From positions 32,001-96,000 of the forward strand of contig CAWDVW010000002.1 of assembly GCA_963805855.1 (NCBI GenBank): 64,000 nucleotides of DNA, written 5' to 3'. The translations under genes and the position numbers were made by a program. Positions 1 to 11,323 of this stretch are shown here, one piece after another. The stretch comes from Candidatus Dadabacteria bacterium. Its GTDB lineage: Bacteria; Desulfobacterota_D; UBA1144; Nemesobacterales; CSP1-2. Each line of letters begins with the position of its first letter. Position 1 is the first letter of the stretch. The notes beneath the pieces were generated by a model. That model did no database searches, was not told the origin of the DNA, and saw only the letters and a list, made by a program, of their open reading frames with translations.

Positions 1-872
1 TCGATTAGAAACGCCGCCTGCTCCCGATCTTTCGACGCCTTCAGGGTGCCCGCGCCATCGCGCCGCCGATCGGCGATGATGAGCTTGTGAATTGCATATC
101 TTTCGGGGCGTGGCACCTGCACGAGAACACCAGACCTGTAGATGGCCGCTGCCTGGATCGGCTCGGCGATCAGGAAGTTGAGGTAATTCAGCGCTTGCGC
201 GCTGACGCGCAGTGCGGGCAGGTCACGGATGGTTTCCTCGCCGAATGCCGGTGTGAGGAATTCGACCAACTGGCCACTGCCGCCTTGCGCCCAACGCCAC
301 GTTCGGGCTGGGTCGAGCCCGGGCAGGGGGGCGAACTTCAGCGCCGAGAAGGTTTCTGCCAAGCCCGGATTGACCTGATCCTCCAGGGCGACGCTGAGCT
401 TCTCGAATTGGGCGATGTCGATGTCCCCGGTGCTTGCCATCCCGCCCAAAGGCAGGCGGATGCCAAGTTCACCTTCGTACAGGCGAAACGCATTCGTACC
501 GACGACCGTACCGCCCAGCCGAAACGTCCCCGCGCTCGCCATGGCGGATAGGATGGAACCGGTCGCTCGGTCGGTCGGCGTCATGCCCTCCGCCCGCAGT
601 AGCCGGATCAGCCGCGACCGCTCGTCCTGCCGCTCCTTCGCGGTCGCACGCAGGTTCTCGATGCGGTCGATCCGAGCGCGCGTCTCGTCGGTATCTTCGC
701 CGACGTAGAAGAAGCGCATCTCCGATCCGACGCGGCGCGCAGCGTACCAGTAAGCCTTGTTACCGCGCTGTTTGAGGATCGGTTGGCCCTCGACGCCGGA
801 CATTGCGTCGTCCTTCAGGAGCCGCACCAGATCGGTGTACGCGCTCATCGCGATGCTGCTGAGTGGAGTCAT
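1..872 (-). CDS. GSU2403-family nucleotidyltransferase-fold protein, 3'-partial (runs off window)
   Basis: Not in the ORF track. Manual translation from ATG at 872 gives MTPLSSIAMSAYTDLVRLL..., with GGTVVGTNAFRLY, TGDIDIAQF and PRPERYAIHKLIIADRR..K..KDREQA motifs. Open to base 1; GC-rich codons. Confidence 0.8.
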   Translation of the reverse strand, partial: MTPLSSIAMSAYTDLVRLLKDDAMSGVEGQPILKQRGNKAYWYAARRVGSEMRFFYVGEDTDETRARIDRIENLRATAKERQDERSRLIRLLRAEGMTPTDRATGSILSAMASAGTFRLGGTVVGTNAFRLYEGELGIRLPLGGMASTGDIDIAQFEKLSVALEDQVNPGLAETFSALKFAPLPGLDPARTWRWAQGGSGQLVEFLTPAFGEETIRDLPALRVSAQALNYLNFLIAEPIQAAAIYRSGVLVQVPRPERYAIHKLIIADRRRDGAGTLKASKDREQAAFLI

Positions 873-1107
873 GCCTATCATTTTAAGGTTTTGCTTGGCA
901 CGCATATACCTATCAAAATTCAAAATTGCTAGGCATGTTCGGGGAAAACGCCTCCGCGGCGTGGAAGCGGCGTGTCGTCGGTTCGATCCCGATCACCCGC
1001 TCCAATCATTTCAAACGAGCTTGAAATTTCCCGGTCTTCGAGACCCGAGGTCTCGCAGGAGGTCGAGTACGCCGACGGGGGTGCTGGAAACGGCGGACTC
1101 GGACCTC

Positions 1108-1329
1108 TTTGGTGGCTTTTCCTAGGTCGTTGACCCAGTGCGAAGCTGTTGACGCGCTGCCTCCATTTCCTGCGACGTAGATCATTGCACCTATATCGCG
1201 AGCAACACGCAAACGCCGGACGATCCTCTCAATCGCATTAAGGTCCATACTATGCAAAAGCATTTCGAAAGCTCGCAAATAATCGGCAGCGATTTGCTTT
1301 ACGGGAAATTCTTGCCCATCATTCCTCAT
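1108..1329 (-). pseudogene. gmhA: Phosphoheptose isomerase / SIS-domain protein, N-terminal fragment truncated at the GC junction
   Basis: IYVAGNGGSASTASHWVNDLGKATK is the GmhA signature. Similarity ends at about 1105, where GC-rich DNA begins. Confidence 0.75.
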
Positions 1330-1475
1330 ATCAGATATCCTCTATTATTACCGTTTCAGCGAATTCGCTCTTATGACCCATCTCTGTGGCTTTTTTAAAT
1401 TCAAACGCATTAATCTCATTGGGGGGCATTAGCTCTGCTCAACCGTGACGCTCAATCTGACTGGCCCGGGTAGAT

Positions 1476-2441
1476 CTAGATAAATTTAGACATAAGGAAG
1501 GAAATTGGCTTTCGAAGTGGATTATGAATAATCGAAGAGAATTTTCCGTGTAGCATGCGATACCAATTTGGCTGTGGTTGTTTGAATAAAGTAGTTTGGA
1601 TGATAAATTGTTCGGACGTAACGTCAGGCGCTATATAGGGTGGGTGTCTGAGTGGGAAATCCATATCCACGCTCGGAAGATTAGTCCATACACCTTTAGG
1701 CGATTTCGTGTGTGTGGCATCCACCCCAAAACCGATGTTGCTAACAAGGTTTTTACTGGGCGAGATACAAAGTCCGTTCTGCGCCCAAAGCGCAAAAAGC
1801 CACTGGTAGTCCCAAATGTCCTTCACTCCACCATAGGTTAAGTCAAATCTGCTTCGAAAATATTCAGCAGCACGATCGTTTCCTAGAATATTTAACAGTA
1901 AAGGTGTTTCACGGAGTGTTGGCCACAGCTTCATTCCCATATCAAAGTACTTCCACGCCCTGCGCCAAGTAGCCCAGCCCCATACACCTTGAAAGCGCTG
2001 AAAGTAGTAACTGTATCGCGCATCATTCTGACCAAATAGCAAATCGAACCCACTTATAGACATGACCCTAGTATCATTACGGTATCTTTCCAGGAGCTCC
2101 TCACAAAACTGAAAAAAAGTCTGATTAGGTACGCAATCATCTTCAAGGATGATTGCTTCCTCTACCTGTTGTAAAGCCCAGCTTATACCTGTGGCCGGTC
2201 GTATACCACACCCCAAATTCGCATCAGAGGAGTTCTTAAATACTTCACACTCCCAGTCCACACGATCGATTATTCTCCGAGCTGCCGCGCACTTTTCCGC
2301 CTCTCCAGGTCGTTCCTCACGTGGGCCATCTGCAACAACAAACAACTTTGACGGCATGGCTTTGGCGATTTCCGCAAAGACTCGCTCGGTGGTGTCTGCA
2401 CGATTAAATATTATAAAAACAATAGGAGTTTCCAATACCAT
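1476..2441 (-). CDS. GT-A (family 2-like) glycosyltransferase
   Basis: TPIVFIIFNR, VVADGPR, IILEDDC, WGWATWRRAW and NLVSNIGFG motifs. Confidence 0.85.
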   Translation of the reverse strand: MVLETPIVFIIFNRADTTERVFAEIAKAMPSKLFVVADGPREERPGEAEKCAAARRIIDRVDWECEVFKNSSDANLGCGIRPATGISWALQQVEEAIILEDDCVPNQTFFQFCEELLERYRNDTRVMSISGFDLLFGQNDARYSYYFQRFQGVWGWATWRRAWKYFDMGMKLWPTLRETPLLLNILGNDRAAEYFRSRFDLTYGGVKDIWDYQWLFALWAQNGLCISPSKNLVSNIGFGVDATHTKSPKGVWTNLPSVDMDFPLRHPPYIAPDVTSEQFIIQTTLFKQPQPNWYRMLHGKFSSIIHNPLRKPISFLMSKFI

Positions 2442-2444
2442 CCC

Positions 2445-3994
2445 CTAATTAATATTTACGAGTTTTACAAAATTTAAACTGAAACCACCAGTATCCATAT
2501 CTATCCGCATCACCTGTTCACCGCCATTCAATTCTACCCCTTCCACTGTAACTGTCTGCCAGTTCTGCTCTCCACCCGTATTAGGTACTGCTATTGCCCC
2601 AGTCTTATCTACTCCATCAAATCTGATTCGAAACACCTTTCCACTCTCCTCCGATGCCACTCGTGCCTCTATCCTGTAAGTGCCAGAGTTCATGATATTC
2701 ACCGTGTATTCAAGCCAATCTCCAGGTTCTGTCCCTTTAATGTTAAATCCACCCCCTACGTCGGTACTAACATCAAGATTCAGATCAGATGCATCTACCC
2801 GATATACTGGCCATGCTGTAGGAAACGTATTCTTGAAAGCAAAACCTTTACCTCCCCAGTCAAAGTCTTCCGCCTCAATCACTCCTGGAATATCTCTAGG
2901 TCCACCATTAAAAGGAGCCTGTTGTACTACTTCTCCACTATATGCAGCAGGGTCCGATAGAGCTGCCACCATTCTTCCGTTGCTATAGATTCACTAGCGC
3001 TAGTAACTACCAATGCACTACCATTAGGATCATCCTTAAAAGCAGGTACCTTCATGAATGGATTACCAAATGAGTTAGGTATATCTATCCAGTGACTGAA
3101 TGAAACCCTTTTGGTTGTGATCACATAATCAGGCCTCATTAAAGATATGGGAGCAGGACCATCTCCATCTATATCTCCAGGTAGATCAACACCCTGCTGA
3201 TCCTTATCAACCATAAAACGTTTCAGCTCATTTTCGGGTATTTCTGTCCCAGCCAACCTTGATTTTGTAACCTCTGGAGGAGAATGCGGGCTCGGAAATT
3301 GCACGTACCTAAATTTCTGAAGCACAATATAAGCAGCCCAACCGTCTAGCTTTCCGTTATAGTCATTCATATTGTCCTCTCTCCCAAGAACTGAAGCCAC
3401 CACTACTTTGTCAGCAATGCTATTATCCAATAGATAGGCATCCGCCACAGCGGTCAGTGGGCCCCCGGTTACTATAACTAAGGGTTTTTCTGCGGTTGTC
3501 TTATTAGCCTCTTGTACGATCAAGCAACTACCCGGGGTATCAATAGGTTCCGTATCCTCAATTACATCAGAGGCAGGATGCGCAAGTGGTCTTGCAGGGC
3601 CTGGAACCGGATCAAGAATATTAATCATCCCGCTGCGTCGGGCTTTGCCCACTATATCGTTGTACATAGGAGTGTCCCAGATGTCAGGGTCATCCAGTCC
3701 CCCACCTCCCGCATCCGGAACGATCCCTACTAGATTAATGTCTCGAGCACTGGCCAATGCCATGAGATACTCTAATGTGTAAGTATCGATATTCCCGTCA
3801 TTGGTGTGTATGACAGGACTAGTGTTATCGTATGGTAATAGCATAGCGCTTGGTGTCGGAGTAGAGACTGGAGAGGGTTCCAACTTTGAACTATCTCCAT
3901 TGTTATCTGCTCCCCCGCTACACGACATTAACATAACAAACAGTTGAATTAAAAAGATAACTTGTTTAATCCGAGCCATGATAAATCTAATCAT
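2445..3994 (-). pseudogene. Lipoprotein: nucleoside-hydrolase-like domain + CBM6-like domain, one frameshift near 2970
   Basis: Lipobox LMSC and PLVIVTGGPLTAVADA (NH-like). Downstream frame has IPGVIEAEDFD, GDWLEYTV and NTGGEQNWQTV (CBM6-like). Restoring one G joins EEWW to AALSDP. Confidence 0.65.
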
Positions 3995-4475
3995 TGAAAG
4001 ATGGCGAATGCCATATTTAAAGTTCTTGCTTTTAAGATAATAATTTAGGGCATCCGGAAATTAATTTGATAAAAAAACAAAATTTAGTTAATGATCCTTA
4101 GATTCCAATGACTTGTCGGGAGAGCACATTACTCCCATCGAATTCCTTTTAAATTAGCTTTGGAATATTGCTGGCTTAAGTTCATCGAATTTAACTCAGT
4201 ACACCACTTTCATAAATCAATAGTACGGCCAGCATTGCTGTATGAAATTAATATACTAGCAAGAACTACTTTAATCTTGCAGTTTCAGCTTCCGATAAAT
4301 GTAAAACCTCATAGTTTTTGGAAGGTTCAGATAGCTTCATTTATTTAGTTCATACATTGATTTCGAGTTAGCCAAACCTTTAGTTAAATTGGAACAAGGT
4401 TAATGTTTTTGTTTGACGATTGGCTTAGTATCTTAGGTTGTTCCAAGTCTTGATAGTCAAACTAAAACGCTGCAT

Positions 4476-5412
4476 TTATCTCAGCTGAAATTGAGTATAC
4501 AGCTTTCCCAATTTCGATACATGCTCAAATGTGTTCTCGTACACATAGTTCTGAATAAAGGGATATTTTGTACGATCACGCTTGAACACAGCAAATATAA
4601 GGCCATTGACTAACGCCAGGATTATCCTAATCGAACCCTTAAATAGTTCGCGATGGCTGATTACACGTGAAGTGTTATCAAACACACGATGGGTATAACC
4701 ACCTTCTGAAAATCGTTGGCGCATAATCCAACGTAGTGTCATCCTTCACTTTGTACCAAGTGATATACATACAGATTAGGGTCATAGTAAACTAGTTGAT
4801 CTGGCAAAGCACTACCTATCAACTTTAGGAGCGCAGCTTCTTCACCATAAGCAATTTTCTCTCCGCACATACCTAAGTCAGGATCAAATCCCCCCAAGGC
4901 TTGAAGCAACTTAGTGCGAATAACCATATTCATTCCATATATATTTATGCATTCTTTCCCGTTCAAAATTCGAGCTTCTTTATATGGCTCGTGTGAACTA
5001 TAAGAATCCTTGTACCACAGTGGCTTACGTGAGTTGTAAAAGCTATAGGACGGGCCACCAAATACATCCGGTGCTAGACGTTCAATTATATCCTTGGCTA
5101 CGCATAACCAGTGTTTGGGCGCCTTACAATCATCATCAATATAGGCTACATATTCTCCACGTGCTTTTTGAAAACCTGAATTTCGCGCGTATGAGAGCCC
5201 TTGGCGGAGTTCTAAATAATAGCGTACATTAGCATAGTGGTTACAAAATTGCTGCGCTACGGCACGAGTTTCATCTCTGGAATTGTTGTCTACTACTAGG
5301 ATTTCGTAAGCCCGTTTATCCATGCTCTGTTCGCAGAGCGTTTTAGCACTCCGGTCAGCAGGTCTGAGCGATTGTAGGTGCAGACCACTACGCTTATTAG
5401 TGGAAGGCTCAT
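4476..5412 (-). pseudogene. Family 2 glycosyltransferase, two frameshifts
   Basis: ATG at 5412 gives MSLPLISVVVCTYNRSDLL, then shifts into EILVVDNNS...ARNSG...YIDDD, with a second shift near 4742. Both look like single-A losses. Confidence 0.75.
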
Positions 5413-6528
5413 GACACCCCTATACTCTGAAAGATTTCGTTGAAACGATGAACATACGTGTGCTCGCGTAAAGTCCGTTGAAAGCCAGCTTCCGCGATGG
5501 CTGCCCTCTCATCTTCGTGTTGTAGGTAATACGAAGTTTTATCTGTCAGGTCGTCCACATCTTTGTAGGTCGTAACTTCCCCGCCCATTTCATAGTAGTC
5601 TGCAAGTCTTCTACTTGTTCTGTAGAAGGAAGCCACCACAACCAGGGATTTCAAAGTTTCTTCCCTTGATTTGCTGAGGATGCTGCTCGGGAGTGATTTT
5701 GTTGTGAGGTGAGATCGCCGGGATACGTACAAAAGATGCGAACTTCGATAGCCACCGCCTACAAGTTTTTTCCTGCTTTGATCCAAATGGTATGGCATCT
5801 AAAGAGCGAGATACCCGTCTTCGAGCAATTTTTCCTCTCCGCGATTGATACGGTAACACCGGGCACGAAGCGTTGGAAAGGTTAAGGTTCATGCGGCTCT
5901 GATTGAATACCTGGATCATTTCTTCTTGTGACAAACAGCCTAACTCCCAACCATTTCCCCACACACGAACTCGAATGCCTCCATTTCGAAGCGACTGAAC
6001 AACTCTCGCCGGTTGCTATGCGGCTGGCCAACAAAAGTGACATCATACTTGAATGGCAAATCTAGCCTTTCGTATAAATAATGGTTACACGCCCACTGAC
6101 TCTTGATGACATTATAGTATCCCGTCCGTGCACCTTTCGGCAATGCATTTTGATCCGTCGTGACCACCCAATTGAAGCACGGCGCCCAATAGCGAGAGTA
6201 GCTATCAAAGCGATAATGGTCGCTCACAAAACCAATTCAAGGTAATAGTCTCGGTGTACTCAGAAATCTCCCGCACAACACCAGGGTTAATCTGGTCCTC
6301 AAGTGCTAGAACCGTAAACATTAGGTCCGGTTTTTCTCCTTGTACTACCTCCAACAGGTGACGGTTCATCCAGTCTCGCCCGTGCTCGTGGACCAGCGTC
6401 ATAAAATCGAAGTAGAAGATGTCGTGACCCATAGTACGGAGACTATGGTAAAAGTTGTAGTGCTCGTAACTATAGCCTCGTTCGGGTTGACCGTAATCAT
6501 ATTTTAGAGCAACATATAATATATGCAT
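5409..6528 (-). pseudogene. CgeB/YkvP-like GT-B glycosyltransferase, fragmented
   Basis: Four consecutive ORF pieces: MHILYVALKYDYG, NWFC|DHYRF, YDVTFVGQPH, IKGRNFEIPGCGGF and EHTYVHRF. Confidence 0.75.
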
Positions 6529-6611
6529 GTAGTTCACCTCGAAGCTCTGGACAAGCACGATCGAAAATGATTGCGAAAATCTCTGCACTTTTCGCGTTTA
6601 TCTGTGGCACC

Positions 6612-7260
6612 TTAAGGTCGACTTTTCCAAGCCGTTTGATCCACGAAAATCGAATTGATGTATCTGTCACTAAAAACGAAATAACCCTTTGAAAGCATAT
6701 AATCGATCGTATCAGCTATGTTTACCAGTATCTTATCTTCTGTACAAGTCACGGTCTCAATGCAAAAAATCTCTGGTCGGAACGGACCGAAATCAGTTGT
6801 CTTTAATATTTCTGTTTCTAATCCCTTAACATCTAACGATACAATATTAGGACAATGGTCGCACTGTTGCTTAATTATATTATTAAAAGAGATCAAGGGA
6901 ACTTGGATCGACTGTTCAGTCTTAACTGTGCCATAACTTTGATAGCGTTCGCTTTTTTCCTTGGCAAAAGTGTTTAGTCTCTTCGTAATCATCACATAAC
7001 AATTAGCTTTGCTAAATTTGCCACTTCCTACGCCAACCTTTAAACAAATATCTCCTTCCCGCCTTGCGGTTATATGAGCAAAAAGTGTCGGATCAGGTTA
7101 TAAGCAAACCTTTTGACATCCTTTCTGGTAAAGTAAACAGGTATTACTTAGATTCATGGATGCTATGATCCTATATCGAGAGAAGATGGTTTGGAAATAT
7201 TTATAATGTTAAAAATATGGACGATGAGAAGGTTCTATCCACACTGAGACTTGCTTATCT
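6612..7260 (-). pseudogene. FkbM-family methyltransferase pseudogene
   Basis: 3' part has IVSLDVKGLETEIL and RPEIFCIET. Manual reading of the 5' part gives SQCG*NLLI..LDIGS*HP and CL*PDP, with in-frame stops. Confidence 0.7.
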
Positions 7261-7325
7261 GACGAACTTTCTGATCTCAGTTACGGAAGGAGACTTATTC
7301 TATTCTTTTGGAAGAATAACTTACT

Positions 7326-8166
7326 CTAGAGCCAAAGTGCATAATGATGTATAGCTTTCTTCAAAAGGTTAACCAATTTCAAATGCATGCTCTGAACCCC
7401 ACAAGCAGTCCTGAATTTAAAAATAAACATCCGGATATTGATCCCCCTCGGTTCCGAGTTTTTCAGAACAAAAAGCGGCTGAAAATGCTCGCTGGCTTTT
7501 GGGCAACGTACACGTCTCGGGAATATGTCAAGCACTCTCCATCCGGACAAAAGCTTCGGAAGCCGAAGCGATCCGTAGACTCGATGAGAATTCCACACGA
7601 TTGTATCCGCGCCCAACGGAACGGCTAGAAAAAGTAGCCCCCCCCGGCTTGACTACCCCTTTCATTTTTGCCATTGCTTCAATATCTCCATAAGGGTTCA
7701 ATGGATCTCCATACCTACCCAAACCATCATGTTCGAAAGTAGAAATTGAAAAAGCTGCGTCGAATATTACGGGGTGTTCGGTGAATTCATCCACGGTCAT
7801 CGTTCTGATTCGTGGATCTTCCGAAATCACTCTATTGTAATCTATTGTGGTTGGCCTGCCACCGTAAAATAAGCAAATAGACTCGTAGAGAGGAAAAACT
7901 GATCCGATGACCGCCACTTCCATATCTCTAATAGAGTATTTATCTAACGCCTGATATAGCCATAAGTCTGTGTCACCGTAGTAATGCGTCTTTTTGTTCT
8001 TTATCCCATCAAGGTAGGAATCGATATCGGATTTTTTGAAAACGTTCTCATTTCCAGATGAACTGGTGTCATCAAGGTACCAATAATTAACGGGAATTTT
8101 TCCATTTAATGTATAACTATCTAACAAATCACCTGGAATCTGTTTTGGAGGAGACGCATTTTTCAT
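7326..8166 (-). pseudogene. DUF268-like SAM methyltransferase, frameshift in a G8 run near 7640
   Basis: FDAAFSISTFEHDGLGRYGDPLNPYGD and VKPGG|LLFLAVPLGADTIVWNSHRVYG. Confidence 0.75.
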
Positions 8167-8532
8167 GTTTTCTGAGAAGGGTTGAGTGGGATAGGCGCTT
8201 TAGCCGTAGACTAAAATATGTTTCTGCTCATGTGTACGAATTTGCTACCCACAAATTATTAAGTATAAGCCTTTGAGGTAAATTCTACCAGCTGATGTTG
8301 CGAAAATGCGAACACACAGAAACTTGTATTGTAGTATTCTTTGAAGAAATGTCCTATGAATTCATTCGCTTAGAATAGATTCAATCCAAAGAAGCCGCGT
8401 TTCTTGTTACCTTTTCGTGCTGAACGCATTTCAAGAAGTAATTACGGCAAGGTCAATCACTGCGGTCAGAAGGCTAAATCGATTTTAAATCGTGGCGATA
8501 CGCACAGATGTACCAGACAACCATTTAGAATC

Positions 8533-9315
8533 TTACCTCTTGCGTGCTCGAATGTGCAAACCATAGGTGAGCAATTGTTCTGAGCCGGCATTGTTCTGGG
8601 AGAGTCGATTCAAGAGCCCCAATACGATGTTTATACAATTTTTCTCAAGAAAGGTTGCGGCCATGCCCGAATAATCCATACCAATCTCGGGTAACCAGCG
8701 CAACGCCTGCGCCACCCAATCAAAATAATTACCGTTAAACTGCATATCCACGATCTCAAATCCTAATTCACCTAGCCAGTACTCATAGAAATACGGGCTA
8801 TAGCCAGTATAAAAAAAATGAGGAGAAAAATGGGTGAAAGAACAAAAGGGGGCAGTGATAATCAGCGTACCGCCGGGTTTAAGAAGACGCCTCAGTTCAT
8901 GTAAGGCAGCGACGGGATTAGGCAAGTGTTCAAGAACTTCAATGCACATCACTGCATCAAACGAGACATCGCGCTCGGGAATGTTCGTTATGTCGCATAC
9001 AATATCTAACTGCGACTGATTCCATCTTCTGGTTTGAAAGCCCACACCATCGCCCTGCCCATCATATTGGGCAAAATCCTGACTGACATAGTTCAGATGA
9101 GCACAAAAGCGCTTATATTGCAATTCCCCCGCTCCCGCATCTAAAATACGACTCCCGGCTGGGATCTTCGTTAGGGTCTTCTCTAACCAGACTTCGCGAT
9201 TTGCTACGTTTAATGTTCCACATTCTCCTCCCCTACCTGAGGTGAACGCGAGCAGAAGGTGTGTCGCTTTGCGTTTAAACTTGGTTAGAATATGGAAGAA
9301 CGGGTTATGGATCAT
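8533..9315 (-). CDS. Class I SAM-dependent methyltransferase
   Basis: ILDAGAG, FDAVMCIEVLEH and LLKPGG motifs. Confidence 0.85.
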   Translation of the reverse strand: MIHNPFFHILTKFKRKATHLLLAFTSGRGGECGTLNVANREVWLEKTLTKIPAGSRILDAGAGELQYKRFCAHLNYVSQDFAQYDGQGDGVGFQTRRWNQSQLDIVCDITNIPERDVSFDAVMCIEVLEHLPNPVAALHELRRLLKPGGTLIITAPFCSFTHFSPHFFYTGYSPYFYEYWLGELGFEIVDMQFNGNYFDWVAQALRWLPEIGMDYSGMAATFLEKNCINIVLGLLNRLSQNNAGSEQLLTYGLHIRARKR

Positions 9316-10082
9316 CTAAACATTGCATCTTTTGCAAGCTTCGAGATCATCTGCTTCAACTGAACTCGCAAATTCTGACCCACTAGACTCAAACCCTGAT
9401 TAATCAAGGTGCATCCCTGCTTAAATGAAGATGCGTTTAAATTTTTTACATACTCGTCCCATGCTTTCGTATTTATCTTTTGACAATATTCGGAAACGGG
9501 TCCTTTCGCATACTCAGGGAGTGCAATAATTAAGTCTTCAATTAGTACAACGTAATATTTGTGTGTCGAAGATTTAACTGCTTCAATTACCTTGTCAATC
9601 GATGGCCACTGCTCTATGTGATGAGGCATTGGAGGAGGCGAAGTGAACAAGCGTGCATCATCTATAAACAAAAAATGGGTATGTGTAGACTTGTTTATCT
9701 CACCGATTTCCTCAATAAGTGGACATTCATCATTCTCTCCGTAAGTTTGGCCACAACTCCAATGGCCATCTAACCAGAACATGGATGGACGCTTTAATTT
9801 TGGGACAAATTCTTTAAGTACAGACCTCGAATCGCCAAATATGAAGTTTACATTTTGCATGCTATCAAGTCTGGTCTTTGTTCGGTCATAAATCGCTTTC
9901 GAACACTCTACGGTTATAACATTGTCGAAGTTAGATGCTGCCCAGACAGCTGTGTTTCCATAAAAAGTGCCGGTCTCAATAAAGTCTCTTAATTTATATC
10001 TATCCCTAAGTTGCAGCATCAGCTCTTTAGGAGGTCCCATGGTCACTGATCTGGCATAATGGTGTATCGTTCTTTTCGTCAT
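9312..10082 (-). CDS. SAM-methyltransferase-like protein of polysaccharide clusters
   Basis: FIETGTFYG, FGDS, FWLDGHWS and FIDDARLF motifs. Overlaps both neighbours by 4 bp. Confidence 0.65.
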   Translation of the reverse strand: MTKRTIHHYARSVTMGPPKELMLQLRDRYKLRDFIETGTFYGNTAVWAASNFDNVITVECSKAIYDRTKTRLDSMQNVNFIFGDSRSVLKEFVPKLKRPSMFWLDGHWSCGQTYGENDECPLIEEIGEINKSTHTHFLFIDDARLFTSPPPMPHHIEQWPSIDKVIEAVKSSTHKYYVVLIEDLIIALPEYAKGPVSEYCQKINTKAWDEYVKNLNASSFKQGCTLINQGLSLVGQNLRVQLKQMISKLAKDAMFR

Positions 10083-11323
10083 AATACTGATACAGATTCA
10101 CTCATAGTGGATACTGACCAAGTTGGAAAAGGTTGGATCAATGCATTATTAGTAGACGCTCCCACAACAGTAAATACATAACTCTTTTCATGAAAGGCTA
10201 GGATATTATTAATCTCATCCTCTGAAAGAAATACAGAACATAAGTAATTAGAAGGTTTAAAAACCAATTTATTTATACAGAAGTCTATGTATCCAATACC
10301 AGAGAGCGAGGAAAAATTGTAACCATCTCGATTAGAATAACAAGAACAAATACAAATATCCGATGGACCGTAGATATCTACATGAAAGATAGGATTCGTC
10401 AAAGTTCTCATACAATCAAAATGAATCCTTAATTTAAAATAATCCCCGATATTAAAAATATTACAATTCCTGTCATTAGCGTTTAAAAACTCTATTTTAG
10501 TAACTCTTATGGCGGGGTCGAAATTCAACTGAATTCCAGTGTCTGTATAGTGATCTCTATCTTTGTTTAAGTTCGTCGTTTCATACCGATCACAAACACT
10601 CTGTGCTTCACCGGTTTCTTTCACACTCCCATTCTCTAGCCACAGACCTGTTTTACAAACATTCCTAATCGCTTGCATGCTGTGGCTAACTAAGACAGTC
10701 GTTCCACCGTTTTGCCTAAATTCGCTCATTTTTCTATGGCATTTTAATTGAAAAGCCAAGTCTCCCACCGCCAGCACTTCATCCACCAACATAACATTTG
10801 GCTCCAGATGCACCGCCACTGCAAAACCTAATCGTACCGCCATGCCTGAACTATAGCTCTGGACTGGCATATCTATAAATTCTTCAATTCCTGAGAAATC
10901 AATGATCTCATCAAACCTGCGATCTACTTCCGATTTTGGAATTCCCAAAACTGCGGCATTGACATATATATTCTCCCGACCGGTAAGTATCGGATTAAAT
11001 CCCGCCCCCAATGCAATTAAAGCTTGCATCCGGCCTCTAACTTCAATTCGGCCTACATCTGGTTTTATTAAGCCATTCAGCATCCGCAACACGGTGGTTT
11101 TACCTGCACCGTTGGGACCAATGAGACCCAAAGTTTCTCCACGCCTTAGTTCAAATGAAACATCCTTAACAGCCCAAAACTCTTCCTTACGTAAGCTCCT
11201 ATTACCGTTTCTGATTCCGACAAGTTCAGAACTTAAATCTTTGACACCATACCAGAGAGATCGTTTAAGGGTACGACAAAATTTCTTGCTTACATTTTCC
11301 ACTACAACTAAGGTATCCGACAT
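10079..11323 (-). CDS. wzt: Polysaccharide ABC exporter ATP-binding subunit with Wzt C-terminal domain
   Basis: GPNGAGKT, YSSGMAVRLGF and VDEVLAVGD motifs. Likely start MSDTL at 11323, coupled to the wzm stop (TGATG). Confidence 0.9.
   Translation of the reverse strand: MSDTLVVVENVSKKFCRTLKRSLWYGVKDLSSELVGIRNGNRSLRKEEFWAVKDVSFELRRGETLGLIGPNGAGKTTVLRMLNGLIKPDVGRIEVRGRMQALIALGAGFNPILTGRENIYVNAAVLGIPKSEVDRRFDEIIDFSGIEEFIDMPVQSYSSGMAVRLGFAVAVHLEPNVMLVDEVLAVGDLAFQLKCHRKMSEFRQNGGTTVLVSHSMQAIRNVCKTGLWLENGSVKETGEAQSVCDRYETTNLNKDRDHYTDTGIQLNFDPAIRVTKIEFLNANDRNCNIFNIGDYFKLRIHFDCMRTLTNPIFHVDIYGPSDICICSCYSNRDGYNFSSLSGIGYIDFCINKLVFKPSNYLCSVFLSEDEINNILAFHEKSYVFTVVGASTNNALIQPFPTWSVSTMSESVSVL

Noticed and set aside
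87-1125. Four plus-strand ORFs in the GC-rich segment
   Set aside because: They are shadow ORFs of the minus-strand nucleotidyltransferase gene and have no recognisable motifs.
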